A stretch of DNA of 52,808 nt from an uncultured Oscillospiraceae bacterium. Lineage in GTDB: Bacteria > Bacillota > Clostridia > UMGS1883. This document shows, piece after piece, positions 20,526 to 29,834 of this stretch (its first letter is position 1; each line of letters starts with the position of its first letter). Where the stretch lies: the NCBI GenBank assembly GCA_964537995.1, contig CAZICW010000005.1, positions 1-52,808 on the forward strand, read 5' to 3'. Below the pieces are notes generated by a model. The model saw only the letters and a list, made by a program, of their open reading frames with translations. It was not told the DNA's origin and ran no database searches. Made by a program: the position numbers and the translations under genes.

Positions 20526-21242
20526 TTGAAAAAGGCACAAAAAATTCTCATAGTTGACGACGACGCCAACATCTGCGAGCTTGTGCGCCTGTATTTAAAA
20601 AAGGAGGGCTACGAAACGGTTGTCTGCAACAACGGAGAGGCGGCTCTCGAGGCGTTTGAAAAGGAAGCGCCCGACATGGCGATTCTGGACATCATGATGC
20701 CGAAAATCGACGGCATGACGGTTTGCCGCGAAATACGCAAAACAAGCGATATTCCCATAATAATGCTTACGGCGAAGGGCGAAACCTTCGACAAGGTTCT
20801 GGGACTGGAGCTTGGCGCGGACGATTACATTGTCAAGCCATTCGAGGGCAAGGAGCTTGTGGCGCGCGTGAAGGCGGTTCTGCGCAGAAGCGAACCCAAG
20901 ACCGATGACAGCGAGGAAAAAATCATCCGCTATCCGAACATCGTTATAAATCTCACAAACTATGAGCTTACCCTCGGCGACAAATCCTACGACATTCCCC
21001 CCAAGGAGCTGGAGCTGCTGTACTTCCTTGCCAGTCACCCAAACCGCGTATTCACTCGCGAACAGCTTCTGGAGGACGTATGGGGCTTCGATTACTACGG
21101 CGATTCGCGCACGGTTGACGTCCACGTCAAGCGTCTTCGCGAAAAAATGGAAGGCTACAGCGACAGTTGGAGCCTCAAGACCGTCTGGGGAGTGGGCTAT
21201 AAGTTCGAGGTTAAAACTCCAGAGGTGAACTCCGTTGGCTAA
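20526..21242 (+). CDS. OmpR/PhoB-family response regulator
   Basis: ILIVDDD, LDIMMP, MLTAK, GADDYIVKPF, RTVDVHVKRLREK, TVWGVGYKF; TTG start after AAGGAG. Confidence 0.95.
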   Translation: MKKAQKILIVDDDANICELVRLYLKKEGYETVVCNNGEAALEAFEKEAPDMAILDIMMPKIDGMTVCREIRKTSDIPIIMLTAKGETFDKVLGLELGADDYIVKPFEGKELVARVKAVLRRSEPKTDDSEEKIIRYPNIVINLTNYELTLGDKSYDIPPKELELLYFLASHPNRVFTREQLLEDVWGFDYYGDSRTVDVHVKRLREKMEGYSDSWSLKTVWGVGYKFEVKTPEVNSVG

Positions 21243-22716
21243 AACCCTGTTCGGGAAAATTTTCCTCATGACCGTAGCGATAATTTTCGTATCCTTTATT
21301 CTCACAACCGTGCTGATGTACAGCCAGCTTGCGGAATATATCGACGAAAACCAGCTCAGCGAGCTTACCACTATTGCGGAGCATATTTCCGAGTTTACAC
21401 AGCAGCTTGTATACGAAGAAAACGACACCATACAGAATATATTTCAAAAATACATTTACAATCAGAGCCGGTATACGGGCTGTTCGATTATCATCATGGA
21501 TTCCGATTCCGAGGTTGTCGCGACGGCGGCGGACGGGGGTTCCTCCTATAACGACGGCAGCACGCCGGCAATAGATGAAAAATACGTCAAAAGAGCGCTT
21601 AAGGGCGAAAGCGTAAGCGAGGCTGTTTACGGCAAAAGCGGCAGCGAGTATATGACCGATTCCCTTCTCGCGGTGGTTCCCGTGGTCATCGAAACGGACG
21701 GCAAGGAGGTTATATGGGGCGCGGTTGCCGTAAGTAAGCCAATGCCGCAGATACGCAGATTACGCAACAACCTTATGAGCATATTTGTGCTTGCGCAGCT
21801 CGCGGCAATCCTGGTTGCGTTCCTGTTCTGCTATGTAATATCAAGGCGGATTTCCCGTCCGATAAGCCGCTTGAACGCTGCCGCGAAAGCAGTTGCGGCG
21901 GGCGATTTTACAAAAAAGGTCGCTCCGTCGTCGGGCGAGCTGGGCGAGCTTATCGCCAGCTTCAACTCCATGACGGATTCGCTTCGGGAAATTGACGAAA
22001 CGCGCAGCAGCTTTATAAGCAACGTCTCTCATGAGCTGAGAACGCCGATGACAATAATCAGCGGCTTTGTCGAGGGTATAATGGACGGCACCATTGCCGA
22101 GGAGGACAGAACAAAATATCTCGGCATAGTTTTAAGCGAAACCCAGCGTCTGAGCCGCCTTGTAACCGAGCTTCTTGAAACAAGCCGTCTTGAGAGCGGC
22201 AAAATCAAGCTTGTAATGAAGCCCTTGGACATCAACGAGCTTATACGGAAGGGAATCATAAGCTACGAACAGGCGATAACCGACAAAAAAGTCAATGTGG
22301 AAGCGGAATTTATGTATGAGCAGACCTACGCCTACGGCGACGAAGACTCAATTTACCGCGTGATTGTGAATCTTATGGACAACGCGATAAAATTCGTTCC
22401 CGAAAACGGCACGATAAAAATAAAAAGCGCCGTCAAAGGGCAGAAGGTCGAGGTTTCAATCGAAAATTCCGGCGACGGAATAAGCGAAAAGGATCTCGCC
22501 CATATATGGGATCGCTTTTATAAAACCGACAAAAGCCGCAGCATGGACAAGCGCGGTGTCGGGCTGGGTCTTTATCTTGTAAAAACCATAATGAATCAGC
22601 ACGGCAACCGCATCTGGGCGGAAAGCAAGGAGGGCGAATTTACGCGCTTCACCTTTACGCTCGACAAGGTAAACGTCAAAACAAATTCCAAGAACAGTTC
22701 TTTAAAGGAAGCTTAA
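21235..22716 (+). CDS. Membrane sensor histidine kinase (2 TM, HAMP, HisKA, HATPase)
   Basis: SHELRTP, NLMDNAIKF, RFYKTDKSR, GVGLGL. Confidence 0.95.
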   Translation: MAKTLFGKIFLMTVAIIFVSFILTTVLMYSQLAEYIDENQLSELTTIAEHISEFTQQLVYEENDTIQNIFQKYIYNQSRYTGCSIIIMDSDSEVVATAADGGSSYNDGSTPAIDEKYVKRALKGESVSEAVYGKSGSEYMTDSLLAVVPVVIETDGKEVIWGAVAVSKPMPQIRRLRNNLMSIFVLAQLAAILVAFLFCYVISRRISRPISRLNAAAKAVAAGDFTKKVAPSSGELGELIASFNSMTDSLREIDETRSSFISNVSHELRTPMTIISGFVEGIMDGTIAEEDRTKYLGIVLSETQRLSRLVTELLETSRLESGKIKLVMKPLDINELIRKGIISYEQAITDKKVNVEAEFMYEQTYAYGDEDSIYRVIVNLMDNAIKFVPENGTIKIKSAVKGQKVEVSIENSGDGISEKDLAHIWDRFYKTDKSRSMDKRGVGLGLYLVKTIMNQHGNRIWAESKEGEFTRFTFTLDKVNVKTNSKNSSLKEA

Positions 22717-22755
22717 AATCCAGTTCATATTCATGTCACAATTGCGTTTTATAAT
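22713..22755 (+). promoter_or_regulatory. Candidate activator-dependent htrA promoter with phased direct repeats
   Basis: TTAAAA(22713), TTCATA(22724), GTCACA(22735) at 11-bp period over the -35 position; TATAAT at 22750. Confidence 0.4.
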
Positions 22756-22786
22756 AATCCCAGATAAACAGAAAGGAATGGTTTTT

Positions 22787-24037
22787 ATGACAGATTATAA
22801 TGAGTTCAACTGGAACGAAGACGATCAGCAGGACTTTGACCGACAGACACGTCCCGTCTATACGGAAAGCGTCCTCAAGCCGAAAAGCGAAAAAAAGAAA
22901 AGCGGAAAAAGCCGTACGGTAATCGGCGTAATCTGCGGAGCGATCATCGGAAGCATGATTTCCACAGCCGCCGTTATGGGCTTTTCCTATATTTTCCCAA
23001 AGAATAACAATGTTACGATATACGAATCCGGCAGGAAGCCCTCCTCCGACGCCAACGCGACAACGGTCAGCACCGTCGTTGCCGATTCCTCCCGCGAACT
23101 GAGCGTTGAGGAAATTGCTCAGACCGTCGGTCCGGCGGTTGTCGGAATTTCCTGCACCGTTTCATACCAGAGCATTTTCGGTACACAGCAGGGAACCTCA
23201 AGCGGAAGCGGAATTGTGATAAGCGACGAGGGTTATATCGTGACGAATTATCATGTCATTGAAAGCGCGTCGGCAATAACCGTCAAATTCAACGACGGCG
23301 ACCAATGCGCCGCCGTGCTTGTGGGCGGCGACGAGCAGGCGGACATTGCCGTAATCAAAATCGAACCCACCGACACCCTGAAGGTTGCGGTTCTCGGCGA
23401 CAGCGACAGCGTTGAGGTCGGCGAGCTTGCGGTCGCGATCGGCAATCCCCTCGGCGACGAGCTTTTCGGTACGGTAACCTCCGGCATTATCAGCGGCAAG
23501 AACAGAACCGTCAAGGTTGATAACCGCGACATGATTCTTCTCCAGACAGACGCGGCGATCAACAGCGGCAACAGCGGCGGCGCGCTCATTAACAAATACG
23601 GAGAGGTTATCGGAATAAACAGCGTCAAGATTGCCTCCGGCTCAACCGAGGGACTCGGCTTCGCGATTCCCATAAACGAGGTTAAGCCCATAGTAAGCGA
23701 CCTTATAACCTACGGCTATGTTACGGGACGTCCGCTCATCGGCGTAACCGTTCAGCAAATAACCGAAAGCATTGCTTACTACAACAATCTTCCCGTTGAC
23801 CACGGTCTGTATGTTATGGGCGTAACAAGCGGCAGCGCCGCGGAAGCGGCCGGAATCCAGCGCGGCGACATAATTCTCTCCATTGACGGGCAGGAGGTAA
23901 CAACCTCGTCCGAGCTGAATGAAATCCGCGACCGTCATTCCGCCGGAGACGTTATAGTCCTAACCTTTGACCGCAACGGCGAAACCATGTCCGTAAACCT
24001 GACGCTCGGAGAGGACACCTCTTCAAAGATTAACTGA
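22787..24037 (+). CDS. htrA: HtrA/DegP-family membrane-anchored serine protease with PDZ
   Basis: TM anchor; TNYHV, DIAVIK, AINSGNSGG triad; C-terminal PDZ. Confidence 0.93.
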   Translation: MTDYNEFNWNEDDQQDFDRQTRPVYTESVLKPKSEKKKSGKSRTVIGVICGAIIGSMISTAAVMGFSYIFPKNNNVTIYESGRKPSSDANATTVSTVVADSSRELSVEEIAQTVGPAVVGISCTVSYQSIFGTQQGTSSGSGIVISDEGYIVTNYHVIESASAITVKFNDGDQCAAVLVGGDEQADIAVIKIEPTDTLKVAVLGDSDSVEVGELAVAIGNPLGDELFGTVTSGIISGKNRTVKVDNRDMILLQTDAAINSGNSGGALINKYGEVIGINSVKIASGSTEGLGFAIPINEVKPIVSDLITYGYVTGRPLIGVTVQQITESIAYYNNLPVDHGLYVMGVTSGSAAEAAGIQRGDIILSIDGQEVTTSSELNEIRDRHSAGDVIVLTFDRNGETMSVNLTLGEDTSSKIN

Positions 24038-24105
24038 GCATAAAAAATCGGCGCCTCGCCGCAAATCGGGATTCGGGCGATTCCCAAAGCATGAGCCGTC
24101 GATCA

Positions 24106-24138
24106 AAAGGTGCGAACCCTCGGATTCGCACCTTTTTT
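24106..24138. terminator. Bidirectional terminator between htrA and the topoisomerase B gene
   Basis: AAAAGGTGCGAA-ccctcgga-TTCGCACCTTTT. Confidence 0.8.
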
Positions 24139-24149
24139 ATTTTTATATG

Positions 24150-26126
24150 TCATGACACCTCTGTCAAATCTATATATCGGCTTCCGTTTTCGGCGATAAA
24201 TTCCTTCCTTCCCGCAAGATTGTCGCCGAGCAGCAGCTCCAGCATATCGGCGGTCGCCTTTGCGTCCTCGGGCATAACCTGAATAAGGCGGCGCGTTTCG
24301 GGATTCATTGTGGTGCGGCTCATCATCTCCGGTTCATTTTCGCCCAAGCCCTTGCTGCGCTGTATGTCAACGCCCTTGTCTGGGAGCTTTGCCAGAATTT
24401 CCGCCTTTTCGCGTTCGTTGTAGGCGAAATAGGTGTCTTTTTTATGGTTTATTTCAAACAGCGGCGACTCCGCGATGAAAACCTTCCCCTCGTTTATGAG
24501 CGTGGGCGTCAAGGTATAAAGCATCGTAAGAACAAGGGTGCGGATATGATACCCGTCAACATCCGCGTCGGTACAGATTATAATCTTATTCCAGCGCAGA
24601 GCGGAAAGATCAAAATCGGCAAATTCCTTGTTGTACTTCGTTTTTGTTTCAACGCCGCAGCCGAGAACCTTCAGCAGATCCGTTATAATCGGGCTGGCGA
24701 AGATTTTGTCGAAATCCGCTTTATAGCAATTCAGAATTTTTCCGCGTATCGGCATGACCGCCTGAAACGCGGCGTTGCGCCCCATGATTACGCTTCCTTT
24801 CGCGCTGTCGCCCTCAACAATATAAAGCTCGCGCTCATTTACATCCTTGCTGCGGCAGTCCACAAATTTTTTGACACGGTTTGTGGCGTCCACATTTACG
24901 CTGAGCTTCTTTTTCGCGTTTGTACGGGCTTTTTCGGCGGTTTCACGGCTGCGCTTGTTCAGCAAAACCTGTTCGCAGATACGCGCCGCTTCGGGAATGT
25001 TTTCAATGAAATAGGCCTCAAGCTGATGGCGGATAAATTCCGTCATAGCCTCCTGAATGAATTTGTTGGTTATGCTTTTCTTCGTCTGGTTCTCGTAGCT
25101 CACAACGGTGGAAAAGCAGTTTGTGACAAGGATAAGACTGTCGGTCACATCGTTCCATGTTATCTTGCTTTCGTTTTTCGAGTATTTTCCGTTTTGCTTC
25201 AGATAGCCGTCAATCGCGGCGACAAACGCGCTTTTTGCCGCTCTTTCGGGCGCGCCGCCGTATTCGAGATAGCTGCTGTTGTGATAATATTCGATTTGGT
25301 GAAAGTCATTGGAAAACGCGAACGCAAAGCTGATTTTCACCTTGTAGTCGTTCATATCGGCTCTGTCGCGTCCCGTGCGCTCCCCGCTGAAAAAGGTCGG
25401 CTCATTAAGTCTTTTTTCGGGGCAAAGCTCGTTTATGTAATCCACAATCCCGCCCTCGTAGCAGTATTCAAAGCGCTGCACCCCCTCGTCGCTGTGGTAT
25501 GCGAGCTTGAAGGTAAGTCCCGCGTTTATTACCGCCTGCCTTTTCAGACTTTCGCGGAAAAAGTCGAGCGGAATGTCGATGTCGGTGAAAACATCAAGAT
25601 CGGGACGCCATTTTATGGTCGTTCCCGTGCGGCGGTATTTTTTTTCTTCTTTATAAAGTCCGCCGACGTTTTCTCCCTTCTCGAAATAAAGCTTATATTC
25701 GTAACCGTCACGGCAAACCGTCACGTCCATATACTCCGACGCGTACTGGGTTGCGCAAAGCCCCAGCCCGTTCAGTCCGAGAGAATAAAGGTAGCTTTCG
25801 TCTTCCCCCTTGTCGTACTTCCCGCCGGCATACATTTCGCAAAAAACCAGCTCCCAATTATATCTATTTTCACGAGGATTCCATTCCACGGGGCAACCGC
25901 GCCCGTAGTCCCTGACCTCAATCGAGCAATCGGCATATCGCGTGACCTCAATCACGCTGCCGTGACCCTCCTTTGCTTCGTCGATGGAGTTGCTTATAAT
26001 TTCAAAAACGCTGTGTTCGCAGCCCTCAAGTCCGTCGCTGCCGAAGATTACTCCGGGGCGCTTACGCACCTTTTCGGGCCCTTTGAGCATGGTTATGCTT
26101 TCGTTGCCGTAGGTTTTTTTAGCCAT
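24150..26126 (-). CDS. Type IIA topoisomerase B subunit (divergent GyrB/ParE-like)
   Basis: VRKRPG, EIISNSIDE, DYGRG, GLNGLG, EGDSA, PIRGKILN, DADVDG, RSKGLGE. Confidence 0.9.
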   Translation of the reverse strand: MAKKTYGNESITMLKGPEKVRKRPGVIFGSDGLEGCEHSVFEIISNSIDEAKEGHGSVIEVTRYADCSIEVRDYGRGCPVEWNPRENRYNWELVFCEMYAGGKYDKGEDESYLYSLGLNGLGLCATQYASEYMDVTVCRDGYEYKLYFEKGENVGGLYKEEKKYRRTGTTIKWRPDLDVFTDIDIPLDFFRESLKRQAVINAGLTFKLAYHSDEGVQRFEYCYEGGIVDYINELCPEKRLNEPTFFSGERTGRDRADMNDYKVKISFAFAFSNDFHQIEYYHNSSYLEYGGAPERAAKSAFVAAIDGYLKQNGKYSKNESKITWNDVTDSLILVTNCFSTVVSYENQTKKSITNKFIQEAMTEFIRHQLEAYFIENIPEAARICEQVLLNKRSRETAEKARTNAKKKLSVNVDATNRVKKFVDCRSKDVNERELYIVEGDSAKGSVIMGRNAAFQAVMPIRGKILNCYKADFDKIFASPIITDLLKVLGCGVETKTKYNKEFADFDLSALRWNKIIICTDADVDGYHIRTLVLTMLYTLTPTLINEGKVFIAESPLFEINHKKDTYFAYNEREKAEILAKLPDKGVDIQRSKGLGENEPEMMSRTTMNPETRRLIQVMPEDAKATADMLELLLGDNLAGRKEFIAENGSRYIDLTEVS

Positions 26127-26168
26127 TTCATGTGTTCCTTTCGTATGTTTATTGTGTAATAAACACTA

Positions 26169-26570
26169 TCATATACTTATTATATCACAGCTTTTTTGAT
26201 AAGTAAAGCGTAAAATTGAGTTCAAAATCACGCTTATAAATGCCGCGGCATAAATTTCCGGAGCCACATTCAGGCGCAGCATAAGCCATGCCGCCGCAAA
26301 CAGTATTACGCAGCGCGGCAGACTGACAAGCGACAGCGCGACTCCGGCCGTCAGCAGCAGCGTCCAGAACACGGCGGGACTTTCTCCCGTAAGCATGGCG
26401 CATATGTCGGCGGCAAGAGCGCCGAGTACGACAACATACCACCCGCACGGAGGAAGCTTCGGAAGCGACACAAAAGCCGCCGCGGCCGCAAACGCGGCGC
26501 CCGCAACGGGTACGCCCGTCACAAGGCATAATAAACCCGCCGCGCAAAAAAGTAAAGTCCGCTTTGTCAT
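26169..26570 (-). CDS. Small hydrophobic membrane protein, unknown function
   Basis: AGGAG SD before MTKRTLL; several hydrophobic segments. Confidence 0.6.
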   Translation of the reverse strand: MTKRTLLFCAAGLLCLVTGVPVAGAAFAAAAAFVSLPKLPPCGWYVVVLGALAADICAMLTGESPAVFWTLLLTAGVALSLVSLPRCVILFAAAWLMLRLNVAPEIYAAAFISVILNSILRFTYQKSCDIISI

Positions 26571-26663
26571 TGCGATTCTCCTTCCTTTTTTATTTTTCCC
26601 CAATATGCACTTGATATTCCGCGCGGCTTCTGGTAAAATAAAATTATGATTGGAGGAATCGCT

Positions 26664-27929
26664 ATGACAGTCGAAAAGGAAACCGAGCGCGCGATACTCT
26701 GCGGCGTACACACGGGCAGCCTCGATATTTTGTCGGACACGACGGAGGAAACCATGAACGAGCTTTGCGAGCTGGCGCAGACAGCGGGAGCGGCCGTTGT
26801 CGCGGTAATGGTGCAGAACCGCGAAAAACCCGACGGCGCGGCATATTTCGGCGAGGGCAAGCTTCAGGAGCTGAAGACCGCCGCGGCAAGTCTCGACGCC
26901 ACGCTGCTGATATTTGACGACGAGCTGACCGGCAGCCAGATAAGGAATATAGAGGAAGCCGTCGGTATAAGAGCAATTGACAGAAGCACATTGATTTTGG
27001 ATATATTCGCGGGTCGGGCGAGGTCACGAGAGGGCAAGCTGCAGGTTGAGTTAGCGCAGCTTCGGTATAATCTGCCGAGACTTTCCGGAATCGGAAATCA
27101 GCTCAGCCGTCTCGGCGGCGGCATCGGAACGAGAGGCCCCGGCGAAACCAAGCTGGAAAGCGACCGCCGCCACATTTACCGACGAATAGCGTCACTTGAG
27201 AATGAGCTTGGCGAGGTTGAAAAGCACCGCGGTCTTCTGCGTTCGCGCCGCAGCAAGGACGGCGTCGCGACGGCGGCGCTGGTCGGTTATACCAATGCCG
27301 GAAAAAGCAGCCTTATGAATCGTATCACAAGCAGCGATATTTTTGCCGAAAATATGCTTTTCGCGACCCTTGACCCGACTGTACGCTCTCTTGAGCTGCC
27401 GGACGGGCGGAATGCGGTCATGATTGACACCGTCGGCTTCATACGCAAGCTTCCCCATCATCTTATAAAGGCGTTTCGTTCCACTCTCGAGGAGGCGTGC
27501 GAAGCGGATGTTCTGCTTCACGTCATCGACTCGGCGGATCCGGAAATGCAAACTCACATCCGCGTGACGGACGAGCTTTTGAAGGAGCTTAACTGCAAGG
27601 CGCGGCGCATTATCGCGGTGTTCAACAAGTGCGATATTGCGCCGCCGCTTTCGCCGCGTCCGAACGGGGAATATACGGACTACGCCGTTGTCAGCGCGGA
27701 AACAGGCGAAGGAATTGATGAGCTTATGTCGATTCTGGAGGACGCTTTGCCGGGGAAAAAGCGAAAAATGACCGTGCTTGTCCCGTACTCCGACAGCGGT
27801 ACGGCGGCAAGGCTGCACGACAGCGAGGTCATTCTTTCCGAGAGCTACGGCGCGGACGGCATAAAAATCACGCTTACAGCCGACGAAGCGCTGTATTCAA
27901 GGCTTAAAAGGTATGAGGCGGACATATGA
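26664..27929 (+). CDS. hflX: Ribosome-splitting GTPase HflX
   Basis: ILDIFA, GGGIGTRGPGET, GYTNAGKS, FATLDPT, DTVGFI, NKCD; TTGATA-17-TAAAAT promoter at 26611. Confidence 0.96.
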   Translation: MTVEKETERAILCGVHTGSLDILSDTTEETMNELCELAQTAGAAVVAVMVQNREKPDGAAYFGEGKLQELKTAAASLDATLLIFDDELTGSQIRNIEEAVGIRAIDRSTLILDIFAGRARSREGKLQVELAQLRYNLPRLSGIGNQLSRLGGGIGTRGPGETKLESDRRHIYRRIASLENELGEVEKHRGLLRSRRSKDGVATAALVGYTNAGKSSLMNRITSSDIFAENMLFATLDPTVRSLELPDGRNAVMIDTVGFIRKLPHHLIKAFRSTLEEACEADVLLHVIDSADPEMQTHIRVTDELLKELNCKARRIIAVFNKCDIAPPLSPRPNGEYTDYAVVSAETGEGIDELMSILEDALPGKKRKMTVLVPYSDSGTAARLHDSEVILSESYGADGIKITLTADEALYSRLKRYEADI

Positions 27930-28555
27930 ACGAAAGCTATAAAACCGTAAAAAAATACGCCTTCGCGGAAACGACCGAAAAGCGAAGCCGCTTTATCGGT
28001 CACTGCCGTCCCGTAAAAACCGAGGACGAGGCGATAGGCTTTATAAATGCCGTGCGCGCGGAGCACCGCGAAGCGACGCACAATGTCTATGCGTATATTC
28101 TCCGCGAAAACAACATCATGCGCTACAGCGACGACGGCGAACCCGCAGGCACGGCAGGTCTTCCCGTTTTGGAGGCTCTGCGCGGAGAGGAACTGACCGA
28201 CGCGGCTGTCGTGGTTACGAGATATTTCGGCGGGACGCTTCTCGGTACGGGCGGGCTTGTCCGCGCCTACGGCAAAAGCGCGCGGCTCGGCATTGACGCG
28301 GCGGAGCGCGTGGAAAAGCTGCTCTGCGACGTTTATTCCGTTAAAACCGACTACTCCTCATACGGGAAGCTGCAATACGCCGTCGTAAACGGCGGATATA
28401 TATTGCGCGGCACTGTTTTTTCCGACTCGGTTGAGCTTACGGTCTGCGTCGAAAAGGCTAAATGCGGCGAATTTGAAAAGCTCGTTACCGAAATAAGCTT
28501 CGGAAAATGCCGCGCCGAGCGTACAGCAACGGAGTATGTCGATAAGGAATTGTAA
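27926..28555 (+). CDS. YigZ/IMPACT family protein
   Basis: KRSRF, ATHNVYAY, SDDGEPAGTAG, VTRYFGGTLLGTGGLVRAY. Confidence 0.93.
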   Translation: MNESYKTVKKYAFAETTEKRSRFIGHCRPVKTEDEAIGFINAVRAEHREATHNVYAYILRENNIMRYSDDGEPAGTAGLPVLEALRGEELTDAAVVVTRYFGGTLLGTGGLVRAYGKSARLGIDAAERVEKLLCDVYSVKTDYSSYGKLQYAVVNGGYILRGTVFSDSVELTVCVEKAKCGEFEKLVTEISFGKCRAERTATEYVDKEL

Positions 28556-28565
28556 CGGAGAACAA

Positions 28566-28611
28566 AAAATTTGCCGCAATTTCCGCGGCTGCTGCGGAAA
28601 TTGCGGCAAAG
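28566..28611. terminator. Hairpin between convergent yigZ and amidase genes
   Basis: TTTGCCGCAATTTCCGC-ggctgct-GCGGAAATTGCGGCAAA. Confidence 0.75.
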
Positions 28612-28645
28612 AGGGACGGCGACAGTCCTTTCCCGTCCGCCTGTA

Positions 28646-29794
28646 TTATTGCTTCATTGCTTTGAGGGTAGCCATGATTCCCCTGTAAATTCCCTCCGCC
28701 ATAGCTTCCCTGCCTTCGGAACTCATAAGGTATCCGCGGTCGGATTCATTGCTCAAAAAGCCGGTTTCGACAAGGGCGGCGGGCTGAGCCGTTTTGCTCA
28801 CGACATAAAGAAGCGAGCCGTCATGAATCTGCGCCGCGCCGAGGTCGGTTGAGGAAACCGTCGAATTATAGATATTCTGCGCCAAAATCGTTCCGTATTT
28901 TGAATCGGGGTCATAATAAACCTGCGTTCCGTTCGTTTCGGGATTTTCAAACGAATTACAATGTATGCTTACAAATATTGCCGGTATTCCGTTATCGGTT
29001 TTTCGGCTTGCGATATCCACTCTTTCCTGATTCGAGAGAGTGGTTTTATTGTCGCTGCGGGTCATTATCACGTTTATTCCGTCCGCCTCAAGCTTGCTTT
29101 TGACCAAAAGAGCTATAGCAAGGTTGATTTCGCTCTCATCGGCTTTGCCGCTGACGTTGCCGGAATCGGTTCCGCCGTGTCCGGAGTCAAGCACAACCGC
29201 GGCATAATCAAAATTCTTTGTCAGTGTTGTATCCACGGTTCCTACGGTGTCAAGCGACACATAGCCGCTGTCCGCGGCTTCGGAAGCCGTACTCCCGTTC
29301 TCGGCAATGCCCTCCGTGCTTTCGTAAAGCGAAACCACGCGCCTGTCATTGTCCCAGTCAACCTCAAAGCCGAGAAGATTCGCCGCAACGCGTACAGGCA
29401 CCATCGTTTTGTCATTGATAATCATCGGCGCGGGGTCGGTTGAGGGAATGGTTATTTTCGCTCTTCCCATGTAAATTACGCGGCTTCCCGCCGTAAAAAT
29501 TATCTCCGTTCCCTTATAGGAAATGGAAGTCTGAGCCGTTTCGTTTATCCATTTGACCTGCGCTCCGACGGCTTCAAAAACCTCGCGAACGGGTACAAGA
29601 GTTCTGTCCATAAGTATTATCGGGGGCATTTCCTTCGTTTTGATTCGTTCTCCGTTTACTTCAACGTAAATATCGTCTTCGTTATAGTAATGGTATATTT
29701 CGTCGTAAATCAGATTCATTTCGACGCCGTATGCCGTCGCCTGAATAAACAACATCGCGGCAAGCAAAACCGCCGATGCTTTGATTGTTTTCAT
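28646..29794 (-). CDS. N-acetylmuramoyl-L-alanine amidase (Cu-amine-oxidase-N-like + Amidase_3), short paralogue
   Basis: Signal peptide; TLVPVR/TMVPVR; LDSGHGG, DESEINL, SIHCN, LVETGF. Confidence 0.9.
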   Translation of the reverse strand: MKTIKASAVLLAAMLFIQATAYGVEMNLIYDEIYHYYNEDDIYVEVNGERIKTKEMPPIILMDRTLVPVREVFEAVGAQVKWINETAQTSISYKGTEIIFTAGSRVIYMGRAKITIPSTDPAPMIINDKTMVPVRVAANLLGFEVDWDNDRRVVSLYESTEGIAENGSTASEAADSGYVSLDTVGTVDTTLTKNFDYAAVVLDSGHGGTDSGNVSGKADESEINLAIALLVKSKLEADGINVIMTRSDNKTTLSNQERVDIASRKTDNGIPAIFVSIHCNSFENPETNGTQVYYDPDSKYGTILAQNIYNSTVSSTDLGAAQIHDGSLLYVVSKTAQPAALVETGFLSNESDRGYLMSSEGREAMAEGIYRGIMATLKAMKQ

Positions 29795-29834
29795 ATTATC
29801 ACCCTTTGCCCACCCTTTGCCGAGCAATACTTCC

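Noticed and set aside
20526-22716. Naming the two-component system walRK, cssRS or resDE
   Set aside because: Features are mixed and orthology cannot be settled without a phylogeny, so it is left unnamed
24444-26159. 571-aa plus-strand ORF opposite the topoisomerase B gene, considered as the missing A subunit
   Set aside because: No GyrA/ParC motifs (no HPHGD or AAMRYTE); antisense shadow
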